A stretch of DNA of 64,000 bases from Polyangiaceae bacterium (GTDB lineage Bacteria; Myxococcota_A; Polyangia; Polyangiales; Polyangiaceae), in contig JANRKO010000039.1 in the NCBI GenBank assembly GCA_033763455.1, positions 32,001 through 96,000 on the forward strand. The letters are read 5' to 3'. Position 1 is the first letter of the stretch, and every line of letters starts with the position of its first letter. A program made the translations under genes and the position numbers. The notes beneath the pieces were generated by a model. It ran no database searches and was not told the origin of the DNA. It saw only the letters and a program-made list of their open reading frames with translations. Below, one piece after another: positions 46,463 to 56,547 of this stretch.

Positions 46463-47484
46463 CAGTCCGCACACATCTGGCCTTTTTGCGTGATCATGAT
46501 TTGGTGGTGCGCCACAGGCTTGCCACAGCCTCGGCAGACCGGGACGCTTGGTGGCGGTTGGCTCACCTGGCTTCGCGACGGCTTGCCATTCACAGCATCT
46601 CCGCCAACGGGGGCCTCGGCCGCGGGTACTTCGGCTGCGCGAACCTCCGCCGCGGGTACTTCGGTTGCGAGGACCTCCGCCGCGGGTACTTCGGCTGCGC
46701 GAACCTCCGCCGCAGGCACTTCGGCTGCGCGAACCTCCGCCGCAGGCACTTCGGACACACTCACGTTGGATTCTACAAGTTCAATTTTCGCTACAGCCCC
46801 GCTCGCCAGAAGAGCGATCCGAAAACGTTCAGCTTGCAGTTGTGGGATGGCTTCTGCGACCACAGTAGGCGTTGCAAATGCAAGCGCGTAGGCCTTGGAG
46901 CTCGCGAGGCCCAAAGATTCTAACGTGTGCGCAACTTCACTCTCTACGTCCTCCGCCGATAACAGGAGCACGTCAAACAAACCGCTTTCTTCGAGCGTTG
47001 GGCGAACCGCTGGAACGGCCAAGGCCTGGGACGCTGGCCCTTTAGGCGTGCTCGGAGCTGGTGCAGGATCTGTTTCTATCGCGGAAGCGCTTAGCGGAGG
47101 CTGCGTATCGGCAGGAACTGTATCCGCCTCGGGCGCGGTTGGTGATCGCCGCGCAGGCGCTACGTTTTTTGGGGGGGAAGCTTTCGAGGCCTTAGGGGCA
47201 GACGGCGTCGAGCGCCTCGCCTCCTTGGGCTTTGGGGCTTGCCCCGTTTCGAGCATCGTAGATCTCCAAGAAGCCACGTTCTCCATAAACCACTGCAAGT
47301 GGCCGCACTTGGCACACACCAACGTGGTAAGCAGGCCTGCATTATCGGAAGCTGACGTGTTCTGGCCGGGCTCTACCACGCTGAACTTGATCGGCGCCTG
47401 CCACACTTCATCGTGGCCGCAGAGGGCGCACTTGCCGCTTCGCATATCTTGGGTCACTTTCTCACCAGCTCCAAGTTGCGTCAC
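46423..47484 (-). CDS. Hypothetical protein: N-terminal Zn ribbon, L7/L12 C-terminal-like domain, EVxAA repeats, C-terminal Cys4 finger
   Basis: CALC/CAKC; 'FDVLL....EV..TL..LGL..SKA..L...P.VV.E.I....AE.....L..SGA...I'; CRGC/CADC. Confidence 0.7.
   Translation of the reverse strand: MTQLGAGEKVTQDMRSGKCALCGHDEVWQAPIKFSVVEPGQNTSASDNAGLLTTLVCAKCGHLQWFMENVASWRSTMLETGQAPKPKEARRSTPSAPKASKASPPKNVAPARRSPTAPEADTVPADTQPPLSASAIETDPAPAPSTPKGPASQALAVPAVRPTLEESGLFDVLLLSAEDVESEVAHTLESLGLASSKAYALAFATPTVVAEAIPQLQAERFRIALLASGAVAKIELVESNVSVSEVPAAEVRAAEVPAAEVRAAEVPAAEVLATEVPAAEVRAAEVPAAEAPVGGDAVNGKPSRSQVSQPPPSVPVCRGCGKPVAHHQIMITQKGQMCADCYRELEALGGQGA
46621..46754. repeat. Coding tandem repeat, 30-bp unit (two 15-bp halves), ~4.5 copies
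   Basis: CGC(G/A)GG(T/C)ACTTCGGCTGCGCGAACCTCCGC at 46621, 46651 (variant), 46681, 46711 and partial 46741; encodes EVPAAEVRAA on the minus strand. Confidence 0.95.
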
Positions 47485-47737
47485 ACTTTAGGGCCGGGGC
47501 AAGGCCTGACCCAAAAGAAGAACAACGACGGATTTTTGCAGGAAATCTCTGGGCCAAGAACCCACGTCTGCACACAAGGTCGGCGACGTGAGCGCCCCAG
47601 CACGAAAAGGCCCGCGCCGCACCCGAGGGTTATCCCGAATTCGCTCAAATGTAGCGCAATAACCTCGCTGAGGCCTGGCACCCACCAGACGCGGGGACGT
47701 ACTCTTCGGTTCCACTTACGGACTTAGGAAAATAAGC

Positions 47738-49579
47738 ATGCCGCCTTGCCGCCGTTCAAGCTGGAGCAACACTTTTGCCGCTTTGGCGTGGCTGCTCTCA
47801 AGCACCAGCTGCTCAACGTCGTTGAGCAGCGCAGGCGGGTCCGCGTTAGCGGGTAAAGGTCCCAACGCTGGCGGGGATCCTGCAACCGACTCAGGGCTGC
47901 CCCCCTCCCCGCAAACGCCCAACCCGCCCCCGCCAGAGATCGAAGCGCCGCTTGAGTTTGAGCAGCCTCACGCGGGTGAACACTTTTGTTACGTGGCCAA
48001 TCCGGACACCAATCGCGTCTCGGTGATCGACGCGCGCTCTCTGGCTATCCACAGTGTTGAAGCGGGGGACCACCCCACCTACCTAGAAACGCTCAATGGT
48101 AAAGATGTAGCCATCGTTCTGAACATAGCCTCTAGCGACGCAAGCATCTTGCGTACCGATTTAACCGGCGCGTCGCGCGTAACACGTGTTGCCTTAACCG
48201 CCGGATCTAACTCGATCCGCGTGGCCCCCGACGGAAAACATGCCGTTTCTTTTTTTGATTCGCAAAAGTCTAGCTTGGGCAGCACCGGCAGCTTCCAAGA
48301 CGTCAACATCATCACGGTGGGGGACGGCGCATTGGTACCGGATACTGCGGTTACGGTCTCCGTAGGATTCCGCCCGAGCCGCGTGTTTTTCGACAGCAGC
48401 TCCACGCATGCCTTCGTGGTTACCGAAGATGGTGTCTCTATCATCGAACTCGCATCGAGTGCCGAAGCGGGAATCGCACGTACTTTGGCGCTTGTACCGA
48501 AGATAGCTGCCAAGACGTTGGATGTCTCGGTTACCCCAGATGGCAAGTACGCACTTGGTCGCAGCCCAGGCTCCAGCCTCGTATACTTGCTCGACCTGGT
48601 AACCGGTGGCGTTCAGACGCTCGATCTTAGCCCAGTCGTCGCAAAGGCCTCCGCCAGCAACACGGCCCTCCAAGTGTCCGAGGCCGGTGCCGCTGGCCAG
48701 GCAAACGCAGGCGCCCCTGGCATGGCAGGCACGGCGGGTGCCTCGGGTGGGACACCGAGCGCTGGGGCACCGCCGCCGAACGAAGGGGGCGCTGGAGGCG
48801 CCTCCTCCGTGCCACCCTTTGTGGCTGAGGTAACAGACGTGGATCTCGCCGAGAACGGAGAGCTTGCGGTGGCAGTGGTGCGCAACGCATCGGCCGTCGT
48901 GTCGCTTCCACTGCCCGCGGCTTTCAACGACCCCGAACAGGCCCATGTTGAGATCATCGAAGGGGAAGCTATCGGTTCGGTAACCCTAACCCCTAACGCG
49001 GAGCAGGCGCTCCTCTACACCACGGCCCAGGCAACCGTGGAGCGGCTCACGCGTCTGAATCTCAAGACCTTCACCTGGGAGGCTCGGGACATACGCAAGA
49101 TGGTCCGCTCGGTTGTGATCACCGCAGACAATTCCACAGCTATCGTGGTGCACGAAAAAGCCCCAGGTGATCCCAGCAACACGGGAATTGATCCCGAGGT
49201 TGTGATCGATCGTTCGTATGGCTACAGCCTCATCGCTCTTAACAACAATGGGTTCTCCAAGTTGCAAACCACAGCCGCCGAGGTTGGGCCCATGAGCGTC
49301 ATGCCAGACGGAAAATCATTGTTCGTACTGGTTAACGGCCCCGATGCCCGCGCGGGGCAGCCGGACGTGCACACCGTAGAACGCGTGGGCCTCACGGATT
49401 TTATCGTAACGCGCTTGGCGCTCGGAAGCCCTCCCTTCTCTCTGGGAGCCGTGCCCGGTGCGGGAAAGGCGTGGGTTGGCCAGCGTCATCCCGACGGGCG
49501 CATCACCTTCTTTGATTTTGCGGCCCAACGTGTGGAGAGCGTTACAGGCTACGAACTCAACAGTCGCGTCCGCGAATAG
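47738..49579 (+). CDS. Secreted/lipoprotein beta-propeller (YncE-like)
   Basis: Signal with Cys; 'YVANPDTNRVSVID' and repeated 'V.PDGK' blades; internal Gly/Ala insert. Confidence 0.75.
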   Translation: MPPCRRSSWSNTFAALAWLLSSTSCSTSLSSAGGSALAGKGPNAGGDPATDSGLPPSPQTPNPPPPEIEAPLEFEQPHAGEHFCYVANPDTNRVSVIDARSLAIHSVEAGDHPTYLETLNGKDVAIVLNIASSDASILRTDLTGASRVTRVALTAGSNSIRVAPDGKHAVSFFDSQKSSLGSTGSFQDVNIITVGDGALVPDTAVTVSVGFRPSRVFFDSSSTHAFVVTEDGVSIIELASSAEAGIARTLALVPKIAAKTLDVSVTPDGKYALGRSPGSSLVYLLDLVTGGVQTLDLSPVVAKASASNTALQVSEAGAAGQANAGAPGMAGTAGASGGTPSAGAPPPNEGGAGGASSVPPFVAEVTDVDLAENGELAVAVVRNASAVVSLPLPAAFNDPEQAHVEIIEGEAIGSVTLTPNAEQALLYTTAQATVERLTRLNLKTFTWEARDIRKMVRSVVITADNSTAIVVHEKAPGDPSNTGIDPEVVIDRSYGYSLIALNNNGFSKLQTTAAEVGPMSVMPDGKSLFVLVNGPDARAGQPDVHTVERVGLTDFIVTRLALGSPPFSLGAVPGAGKAWVGQRHPDGRITFFDFAAQRVESVTGYELNSRVRE

Positions 49580-49616
49580 ACGCCTCCGCGCCGCCTCCGC
49601 GAATAGCCCGAAATGA

Positions 49617-50768
49617 CTATCTGGAGGCCGCAAAAGCGAGCATCGAACGGACAACAGACTCAACCTCTTCGCCGGTCAGTTCCGGAAAAATCGGTATGGC
49701 CACCGTATCTTGTGCCGCGGCTTCCGCGACGGGAAAATCTCCAACTTTATGCCCTAGGCTCGAGAAGCACGCCTGAAGGTGCATGGGTACTGGATAGTAG
49801 ACCTCAGTTCCGATCCCCTCGGCTTGAAGGTGCTTGCGCAGAGCATCGCGTTGACCGCCCGCCACCGTCACGATGTACTGATTGAATACATGGCGCGTTT
49901 GCAGAGCCGATGGGAGTGTGAATAGACGCGTGCTCGCGGCCCCAGCAGACCACTTGTTCGCCTGACTCGACGCAAGGAAGAGCTCGTCGTAGCGGGCTGC
50001 ATTCTTCTGTCGCGCTTGGGTGTAGCCATCGAGCCGCCGCAGCTTCACTCGAATCAGCGCCGCCTGAACCGCATCGAGCCGGAAATTCCCACCCACCAGC
50101 GAGTGGTAATATTTGGGCTTCGAACCGTGGGCTCGCAACACTCGCAACCGTTCGTTGAGAGCTTCATCGTTGGTGGTGATCATGCCGCCATCGCCGAAAC
50201 CACCCAGATTTTTTGAGGGAAAGAACGAAAAGCACCCGACATCGCCCAGGCTCCCAGCACGGCGCCCCTGATATTCGGCTCCGATGGCTTGGGCGGCGTC
50301 TTCGATCACCTTGAGGCCGTGGCGGCGCGCAATCGCGAGCACCGGCTCCATATCCGCGCACTGGCCGAACAAGTGTACCGCCACAATGGCCTTGGTGCGC
50401 GGGGTGATTTTCTTTTCGACGTCTTTCGGATCCAGGTTGAGACTATCGGGCACGGAATCCACAAACACGGGCCGTGCACCGGTGCGCCAGATGCTACCTG
50501 CGGTGGCAAAGAACGTGTACGTGGGGCAAATCACCTCGTCCCCCGGCTGAAGATCGATAGCCATCAGCGCGGCAAGGAGCGCGTCGGTGCCCGAAGAAAC
50601 CCCAATACCAAAGCGACACTGCGAGTACTCCGCGCACTCACGTTCAAGCGCCTCCACTTCGGGACCGAGAATATAGTGGCCACTCTTCAGCACCCCCTCG
50701 AAGGCCGAGATCAATTCGGCGTCCAATTCGGCGCCACCACGTCGTAGATCAAGCAAGGGAACAGTCAC
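49617..50768 (-). CDS. wbpE: DegT/DnrJ/EryC1/StrS aminotransferase (WbpE-like)
   Basis: 'SSGTDAL', 'VHLFGQ', 'IEDAAQA', 'SFFPSKNLG', 'GGNFRLD'; in an operon with wbpB/wbpD-like genes. Confidence 0.85.
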   Translation of the reverse strand: MTVPLLDLRRGGAELDAELISAFEGVLKSGHYILGPEVEALERECAEYSQCRFGIGVSSGTDALLAALMAIDLQPGDEVICPTYTFFATAGSIWRTGARPVFVDSVPDSLNLDPKDVEKKITPRTKAIVAVHLFGQCADMEPVLAIARRHGLKVIEDAAQAIGAEYQGRRAGSLGDVGCFSFFPSKNLGGFGDGGMITTNDEALNERLRVLRAHGSKPKYYHSLVGGNFRLDAVQAALIRVKLRRLDGYTQARQKNAARYDELFLASSQANKWSAGAASTRLFTLPSALQTRHVFNQYIVTVAGGQRDALRKHLQAEGIGTEVYYPVPMHLQACFSSLGHKVGDFPVAEAAAQDTVAIPIFPELTGEEVESVVRSMLAFAASR

Positions 50769-50769
50769 G

Positions 50770-51429
50770 TTATTGGCTCCTTTTAGCGGTGCGCGTGTAG
50801 GGCACCTTACCTATGGCAAGCTCGGCCGGGAGAGGCTCATCTTCTGATAGGTCCAGGCAGCGAAGGCCTTCCGCCGTTTTCTGATAGCGCAAGCCACTCT
50901 CCGAACAGACCATGACGCCGTTCGCGTCGGGGTTCTTGAGTGGCTGCGCGTGGCGGCTCATGTAACCCACCAGACGGGCTGGCACTCCGCGTACAAAGCC
51001 GTAATCCGGCACATCTTTGGTGACCACAGCTCCTGCGGCGATGAACGCGTAGCGCCCGATCGTGGTGCCGCACACGATGGTGGCATTCGCGCAGATAGTG
51101 GCACCCCGGCGAATCAAAGTCGTTTCGTACAGTGAATGGCGGAGCACTTGGGAGCGCGGGTTGGACACATTCGTAAACACAGAAGAGGGCCCCAAAAATA
51201 CGTCATCCTCAACCACGGTGCCCGTGTACAAGGAGACGTTGTTCTGGATCTTCACGTTGTTGCCCACCACGACACCGTTTGCGATAAATACGTTCTGGCC
51301 GAGGATACAATTTTGGCCGAGGCGGCTCTCGCTCATCACGTGGCAGAAGTGCCAAATCTTGGTGCCATCCCCGATCTCACAAGGTTGGTCGACGTAGGCG
51401 GACTCATGGACGAAGGGCGGCTTGCTCAT
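50770..51429 (-). CDS. wbpD: Hexapeptide N-acetyltransferase (WbpD-like)
   Basis: 'IG.GTKIWHFCHV', 'KIQNNVS', 'VFTNV.NPRS', 'GVPAR..G'. Confidence 0.88.
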   Translation of the reverse strand: MSKPPFVHESAYVDQPCEIGDGTKIWHFCHVMSESRLGQNCILGQNVFIANGVVVGNNVKIQNNVSLYTGTVVEDDVFLGPSSVFTNVSNPRSQVLRHSLYETTLIRRGATICANATIVCGTTIGRYAFIAAGAVVTKDVPDYGFVRGVPARLVGYMSRHAQPLKNPDANGVMVCSESGLRYQKTAEGLRCLDLSEDEPLPAELAIGKVPYTRTAKRSQ

Positions 51430-51449
51430 GTGCTTTCCTCAGGCTCCTC

Positions 51450-52445
51450 TTAAGGCTCGAGCGGCATTTGAACGGGTTGGCCACCTGTCATCAAGCTTCG
51501 TTGCGCGGCCTGCAGCACGCGCAACACACGCAAACCGCTAGAGGCGTCCGTCAGGGGTTGCTCGCGAGTGCGGATTGCATCCACAAACGCCTGACATTCA
51601 AGACGCAACGGCTCATCCGCGGGGTAAGCGACAAGCGTTCCCTCACCTTTGATGGGCACGGGCTCACCTTGGCCCACGTCCACGCGCTGATCGTACACCA
51701 CCAACTCCCGCCTCACATCGTCGAAAACGGCCATTTTCTTGGAGCCGACAACAACGAGCTTCTGCTCTTTGAATGGATTCAACCAAGACACAAAGATGTG
51801 CCCCGCCACGCCACTGTCGAACTTAAGCTGCGTCACAGTGACATCGGCAACATTAGGCTGAAGGTAAGCGCCACCCGAAGCCATTACCTGAAAAGGCATC
51901 GAACCCACCAGGCGAAGTATGACAGCGATATCGTGGGGGGCGAACGACCACAAGATGTTCTCTTCTCGCCGCACTTTGCCGAGGTTCGTTCGATTGGAGT
52001 AAATATAGCGAAGCTCTCCGAGGTCACCGTTAGCTATCAGTGACCTGAGCGCTCCAAATGCGGGGTGGTACTCTAGAATGTGCCCCACCATGAGGATCGC
52101 GCCGCGCACCTTGGCGATCTCGGCTACTCGGGCAGCATCGCGATAACTAAGAGCAAGGGGCTTCTCGCACATCACGTCGCGACCCGCGAGCAGCGCCTGC
52201 TCAGAGAGCGCGGCGTGGGTCACCGCGGGTGTCGCAATAACAACACCACGAATCGCAGCATCCTCAAGCGCTTCCGAGAGGCTATTCACGATCTTGGCAT
52301 CAGGCGCAATCTGACGGGCTTGAGCCTGACCGCTCTCCGAAGGCTCCACCACTGTGCGGAGGCTGCCAAGGGCGGCGAAGTTCCGCACTAGGTTCTTGCC
52401 CCAGTAGCCCGAGCCAACGACGGCAATGTTCTGCTGATTTCCCAT
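51450..52445 (-). CDS. wbpB: Gfo/Idh/MocA oxidoreductase (WbpB/WlbA-like C3 dehydrogenase)
   Basis: 'GSGYWGKN', 'CEKP', 'ENILWSFAPHD', 'SWL.P.K'; context next to wbpD/wbpE. Confidence 0.8.
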   Translation of the reverse strand: MGNQQNIAVVGSGYWGKNLVRNFAALGSLRTVVEPSESGQAQARQIAPDAKIVNSLSEALEDAAIRGVVIATPAVTHAALSEQALLAGRDVMCEKPLALSYRDAARVAEIAKVRGAILMVGHILEYHPAFGALRSLIANGDLGELRYIYSNRTNLGKVRREENILWSFAPHDIAVILRLVGSMPFQVMASGGAYLQPNVADVTVTQLKFDSGVAGHIFVSWLNPFKEQKLVVVGSKKMAVFDDVRRELVVYDQRVDVGQGEPVPIKGEGTLVAYPADEPLRLECQAFVDAIRTREQPLTDASSGLRVLRVLQAAQRSLMTGGQPVQMPLEP

Positions 52446-52574
52446 GACTATCTGCCGGCATAGACCGTTTCTTGGATGTTGGCGAGGCCATCCTTGACCG
52501 CTGCTGGGGCGGTTTCTATAACCCGCTTCCTCATTTTTCTTCTCTCAAGATCGCCGGGAATCGGCTAGGCGGAA

Positions 52575-53651
52575 GTGGTTCGAATCGTCACGGTAGTGGG
52601 TGCCCGCCCACAATTTATCAAGTGTGCGGCCGTGAGCGCTGCCCTCGGGCGCGTGGCGGAAGAGAAGATCGTGCACACGGGGCAACACTACGACCACAAC
52701 ATGAGCGCCGCGTTTTTTGCGGAACTCGGGATCCCTGCGCCCGCCGAACACCTGGGCGTCGGCTCCGCTCCGCATGGCCGCCAAACCGCAGAGATACTGC
52801 TTCGGCTGGAGCCGCTCTTAGAGCGCGAAAAGCCAGATGCGTTGCTCGTTTACGGTGACACCAACTCAACGCTGGCTGGCGCCCTGGCCGCAGCAAAGCT
52901 GCACATTCCGGTGGTTCATGTGGAAGCTGGGCTGCGCAGCTTTAACCGAAAAATGCCTGAGGAAGTCAATCGCGTCCTCACGGACCATGTATCGAGCGTG
53001 CTGTTGTGCCCAACGGAAACGGCCGTTGCGAATTTGCAGCGAGAGGGGATTTCAAAAGGGGTCTTTTTGGTGGGGGACGTGATGTACGACTCCGTGATGG
53101 AACACGCCGAGAGGGCGCGACAAGATTCACCTATTTTGAAGCACCTGGGCGTCGCACCCCAAGGGTACGCCCTAGCCACTGTGCATCGTGCGGAGAACAC
53201 CGATGACACCTCGAATTTTTTGCAGATCGTGCGAGCTCTTGAACGCATCGCGAAGGAGCTCCCTGTAATTCTGCCGCTGCATCCGCGCACTAAGAGCCTG
53301 GCCTCACGCCTTGGCGTCACGTTCGATCGCGTCCGAGTGGTCGAACCCGTAGGGTACCTTGACATGCTCGCGCTTCTCGCCGACGCACGGTTGGTGCTTA
53401 CGGACTCCGGCGGTGTTCAGAAGGAAGCCCACTGGCTTGGGGCTCGCTGCGTCACGCTGCGTGAGCAGACAGAATGGGTGGAAACGCTGGAAGGCGGCTG
53501 GAATGTGCTTACAGGAGCGAACGAGGAGGCGATCGTGCATGCAGCCTTGAAGCTCGAACCAAACAGGCCGCGTCACGCGAGCAATTTTGAACGCGGGGCG
53601 GCAACCCAAGCTACCGTACGGCATCTTTTGGCAGCCGGGGAGCTCGCATGA
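52575..53651 (+). CDS. wecB: Non-hydrolysing UDP-GlcNAc 2-epimerase (WecB/WbpI type)
   Basis: 'GARPQFIK', 'HTGQHYD', 'GDTNST', 'HVEAGLRS...MPEE.NR', 'HRAEN', 'TDSGGVQKEA'. Confidence 0.92.
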   Translation: MVRIVTVVGARPQFIKCAAVSAALGRVAEEKIVHTGQHYDHNMSAAFFAELGIPAPAEHLGVGSAPHGRQTAEILLRLEPLLEREKPDALLVYGDTNSTLAGALAAAKLHIPVVHVEAGLRSFNRKMPEEVNRVLTDHVSSVLLCPTETAVANLQREGISKGVFLVGDVMYDSVMEHAERARQDSPILKHLGVAPQGYALATVHRAENTDDTSNFLQIVRALERIAKELPVILPLHPRTKSLASRLGVTFDRVRVVEPVGYLDMLALLADARLVLTDSGGVQKEAHWLGARCVTLREQTEWVETLEGGWNVLTGANEEAIVHAALKLEPNRPRHASNFERGAATQATVRHLLAAGELA

Positions 53652-53683
53652 GTTCAGCACCGATCGTCAAAGGGGTAACCTAG

Positions 53684-55603
53684 ATGTGCGGCATCGCTGG
53701 CATGTTGAGCCTAAATGGAGCGCCCATTCCGGATTTAGACCGGAAACTGCGCGTGATGAATCACCTCTTAGTGCATCGTGGTCCCGACGGCTCGGGAACT
53801 TGGCAGCACCCAAGAGGCCATCTTGGCTTTGCGCATCGGCGCCTAAGCATCATTGATGTCGCCGGCGGTGCTCAACCCATGCTCGCCCCAAGTGGCAGCG
53901 CCATCACGTACAACGGGGAAGTCTACAACTACCGCGAACTTCGAGCCGAGCTCGCCTCAGGCTTCAGCTTCAAAACACAGTCGGATACCGAAGCCATTTT
54001 GGCTGCACTACAGGCCTTTGGCCAGGATGCGCTCGGCCATCTTCGTGGAATGTTCGCGTTCGCCTACTGGGACGAGCAGAGCGCCACGCTTTATTGCGTG
54101 CGTGATCGATTTGGCATCAAGCCCCTCTATTACACGATTGTTAACGGCATTTTTTATTTCGCCTCCGAAGCCAAGGCCTTGCTTCCCTTCTTGGATTCGC
54201 TCGAAACGGATCTCGAAGCGCTCCAGGACTATCTGGCGTTTCAATTCTGTCTTTCGGGAAAGACGCTCTTTTCAGGGATTAGGGAGCTTCTGCCTGCGCA
54301 CGAGCTCGCTATCCGCGCCGGAAGCGTAACCAGCCGCCGATATTGGGAAGTTCAATACGAAGTCGATTTCGACCATACGCCTAAGTACTTTGTTGAACGC
54401 GTCTCCGAGCTTCTCAGGGATTCTGTTTCGATGCACATGAGGAGCGATGTGCCCGTGGGCGCCTACGTGAGTGGCGGCATCGACTCAAGTTTGGTTGCGA
54501 GCCTGGCATCGGTGGAGCCATCCGGCACGTTCCTGGGCTTCACAGGCCGCTTCGGTGAACCTGGCTACGACGAATCGCCGTACGCCCGGGATGTGGCCAA
54601 GAACCGTGGCTTTGAGCTCTTCGACGTTGAAATCAAGCTCTCCGATTTCACGCGTGACATCTCGGATGTCATCTACCACCTAGATTATCCGGTTGCCGGC
54701 CCCGGCTCCTTCCCTCAATTTGAGGTGTCTCGCCTCGCGAGCCAACAGCGGAAGGTGCTGCTCGGAGGCCAAGGCGGTGACGAAATTTTTGGCGGCTACG
54801 CTCGCTATTTGATCGCGTATTTCGAACAATGCATCAAAGGTGCGATTGACGGCAACCTGCGCGAAGGCAACTTCGTGGTGACCTACGAATCCATCATTCC
54901 CAATCTTGTAACACTCAAAGGTTACAAGCCCATGATCCAGTCTTTCTTTCAGAAGGGCCTCTTCGAACCGATGGATCAGCGTTACTTCCAACTGATCAAT
55001 CGCGCTACGGACCTGGGGGACGAGGTGCGCACAGCCGATTTGCCCCCATACTCTGCGTTTGAAAGCTTCCAGTCCGTATTCCACAGCAACAACGTCAAGA
55101 AGGAGTCCTATTTCGATTTGATGACTCATTTCGATTTCAAGACCCTCTTGCCGGCGCTGCTACAAGTTGAGGATCGCGTCAGCATGGCACATGGCCTCGA
55201 ATCACGAGTGCCGCTCTTGGATCACCCACTTATCGAATTCGCGGCGACGATCCCGGCTGACGTGAAGTTCAAAAATGGCGCCATGAAGCAAGTTTTGCGG
55301 CAGGTAGCTGCCAAAGAGCTTCCAACCTCGGTGCTTGAGCGAAAGGATAAAATGGGCTTCCCCGTCCCGCTCTCGGAGTGGCTCGCAGGTGAGCTCAACG
55401 GGTTCGTGAGAGATATCTTCCAGTCGAAGGCGGCCCAGCATCGGGCTGTCATCGATAACAAAAAGGTAGCCGCAAAGATTACCAGCGAGCCGCGCTACGG
55501 ACGAAAGATCTGGGGATTTTTATGCCTCGAACTCTGGCAGCAGCGCTTCCATGATCAGCACTGGCGTTTTAAGGAACTTCTAACCAAAGGAGAATTATCG
55601 TGA
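53684..55603 (+). CDS. asnB: Asparagine synthase-like glutamine-dependent amidotransferase (sugar amidation; WbmI/WbpS-like)
   Basis: N-terminal 'MCGIAG', 'HRGPD', 'RDRFGIKPLY', 'SGGIDSS', 'GQGGDE', 'K.GFPVP'; lies within a glycan locus. Confidence 0.9.
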   Translation: MCGIAGMLSLNGAPIPDLDRKLRVMNHLLVHRGPDGSGTWQHPRGHLGFAHRRLSIIDVAGGAQPMLAPSGSAITYNGEVYNYRELRAELASGFSFKTQSDTEAILAALQAFGQDALGHLRGMFAFAYWDEQSATLYCVRDRFGIKPLYYTIVNGIFYFASEAKALLPFLDSLETDLEALQDYLAFQFCLSGKTLFSGIRELLPAHELAIRAGSVTSRRYWEVQYEVDFDHTPKYFVERVSELLRDSVSMHMRSDVPVGAYVSGGIDSSLVASLASVEPSGTFLGFTGRFGEPGYDESPYARDVAKNRGFELFDVEIKLSDFTRDISDVIYHLDYPVAGPGSFPQFEVSRLASQQRKVLLGGQGGDEIFGGYARYLIAYFEQCIKGAIDGNLREGNFVVTYESIIPNLVTLKGYKPMIQSFFQKGLFEPMDQRYFQLINRATDLGDEVRTADLPPYSAFESFQSVFHSNNVKKESYFDLMTHFDFKTLLPALLQVEDRVSMAHGLESRVPLLDHPLIEFAATIPADVKFKNGAMKQVLRQVAAKELPTSVLERKDKMGFPVPLSEWLAGELNGFVRDIFQSKAAQHRAVIDNKKVAAKITSEPRYGRKIWGFLCLELWQQRFHDQHWRFKELLTKGELS

Positions 55604-56547
55604 AAGTTATCGTAACTGGGGGTTCGGGGTTTATTGGGTCGCACATCGTCGAGCGCCTGCTTCAAGCGGGCTCGGAAGTGGTGGTCATCGACAATTTTTC
55701 GACGGGCCGTCGGGATAATTTGGCCCCGCACGCAAAGCTGAAGGTTATCGAAGGTACCATTGCTGATCGCGATCTTGTGAACAAGATGTTCGCCGACTTC
55801 CAACCAGACCAGGTAGTGCATGCTGCGGCTGGCTACAAAGATCCTGACGACTGGTACGAAGATGCGATGACCAACGTGGTGGGAACTATCAATCTGGCCA
55901 AAGCCGCCTTGGCGCACAAGGTTCAGCGCTTCATCTATTTCCAAACGGCGTTGTGCTACGGCCTCCACCCCAAAGAGCAGCCCATCACCATCACTTATCC
56001 GCGCCACGCCGAGGGCTCCAGCTACGCTTTCAGCAAGACGGCTGGCGAAGAGTACATCGAGCTTTCTGGCCTCGATTTCCTTTCGTTTCGCCTCGCTAAT
56101 GCCTACGGCCCACGCAACTTGAGTGGCCCTTTGCCAACCTTCTACCAGCGCCTTACCGCGGGGAAGGCCTGCTTTGTGATGGATACGCGACGTGATTTTA
56201 TCTTCGTCGACGATGTGGTGGAGGTAGCCATCAGAGCCCTGAATGGCCAAGGCAAGAAGGGCCACTACCACATCAGCTCTGGTTCGGATTTTTCGATCAA
56301 GGAACTGTTCGACGCCACGCTGACGGCGTTGGACATCAAGCTCGATGCCCCCGTTGAGGTGCGCCCGCGCGGGGCAGACGACGCCTTCACCATCCTCCTC
56401 GATCCATCGAAAACCAACGCCGATTTTGGCTGGAAAGCCTCGACGCCTCTGACCGAAGGCGTAAAAAGAGCGATCGAATATTATCGCAAATTCGGCATCA
56501 CTCAATCTTACACACATCTCCGCATGCACGAGGATTCGAAGAAGTGA
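55600..56547 (+). CDS. wbmH: Extended SDR epimerase/dehydratase, Bordetella WbmH/WbmG-like
   Basis: 'GGSGFIG', distinctive 'YKDPDDW', 'FQTALCYG', 'SY..SK', 'RLAN..GPRN.SGPLP.F', C-terminal 'YTHL'. Confidence 0.75.
   Translation: MKVIVTGGSGFIGSHIVERLLQAGSEVVVIDNFSTGRRDNLAPHAKLKVIEGTIADRDLVNKMFADFQPDQVVHAAAGYKDPDDWYEDAMTNVVGTINLAKAALAHKVQRFIYFQTALCYGLHPKEQPITITYPRHAEGSSYAFSKTAGEEYIELSGLDFLSFRLANAYGPRNLSGPLPTFYQRLTAGKACFVMDTRRDFIFVDDVVEVAIRALNGQGKKGHYHISSGSDFSIKELFDATLTALDIKLDAPVEVRPRGADDAFTILLDPSKTNADFGWKASTPLTEGVKRAIEYYRKFGITQSYTHLRMHEDSKK

Noticed and set aside
46621..46754. Possible CRISPR array or non-coding repeat
   Set aside because: In-frame 30-bp coding repeat without spacers.
49569..49606. 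Micro-duplication TCCGCGAATAG / CGCCTCCGCG between convergent genes
   Set aside because: Too short to interpret; not a terminator hairpin.
52575..52590. GGTTCGAATC tRNA T-loop-like motif (similar text at ~19661)
   Set aside because: Lies inside coding sequence; no acceptor, D or anticodon stems can be built around it.
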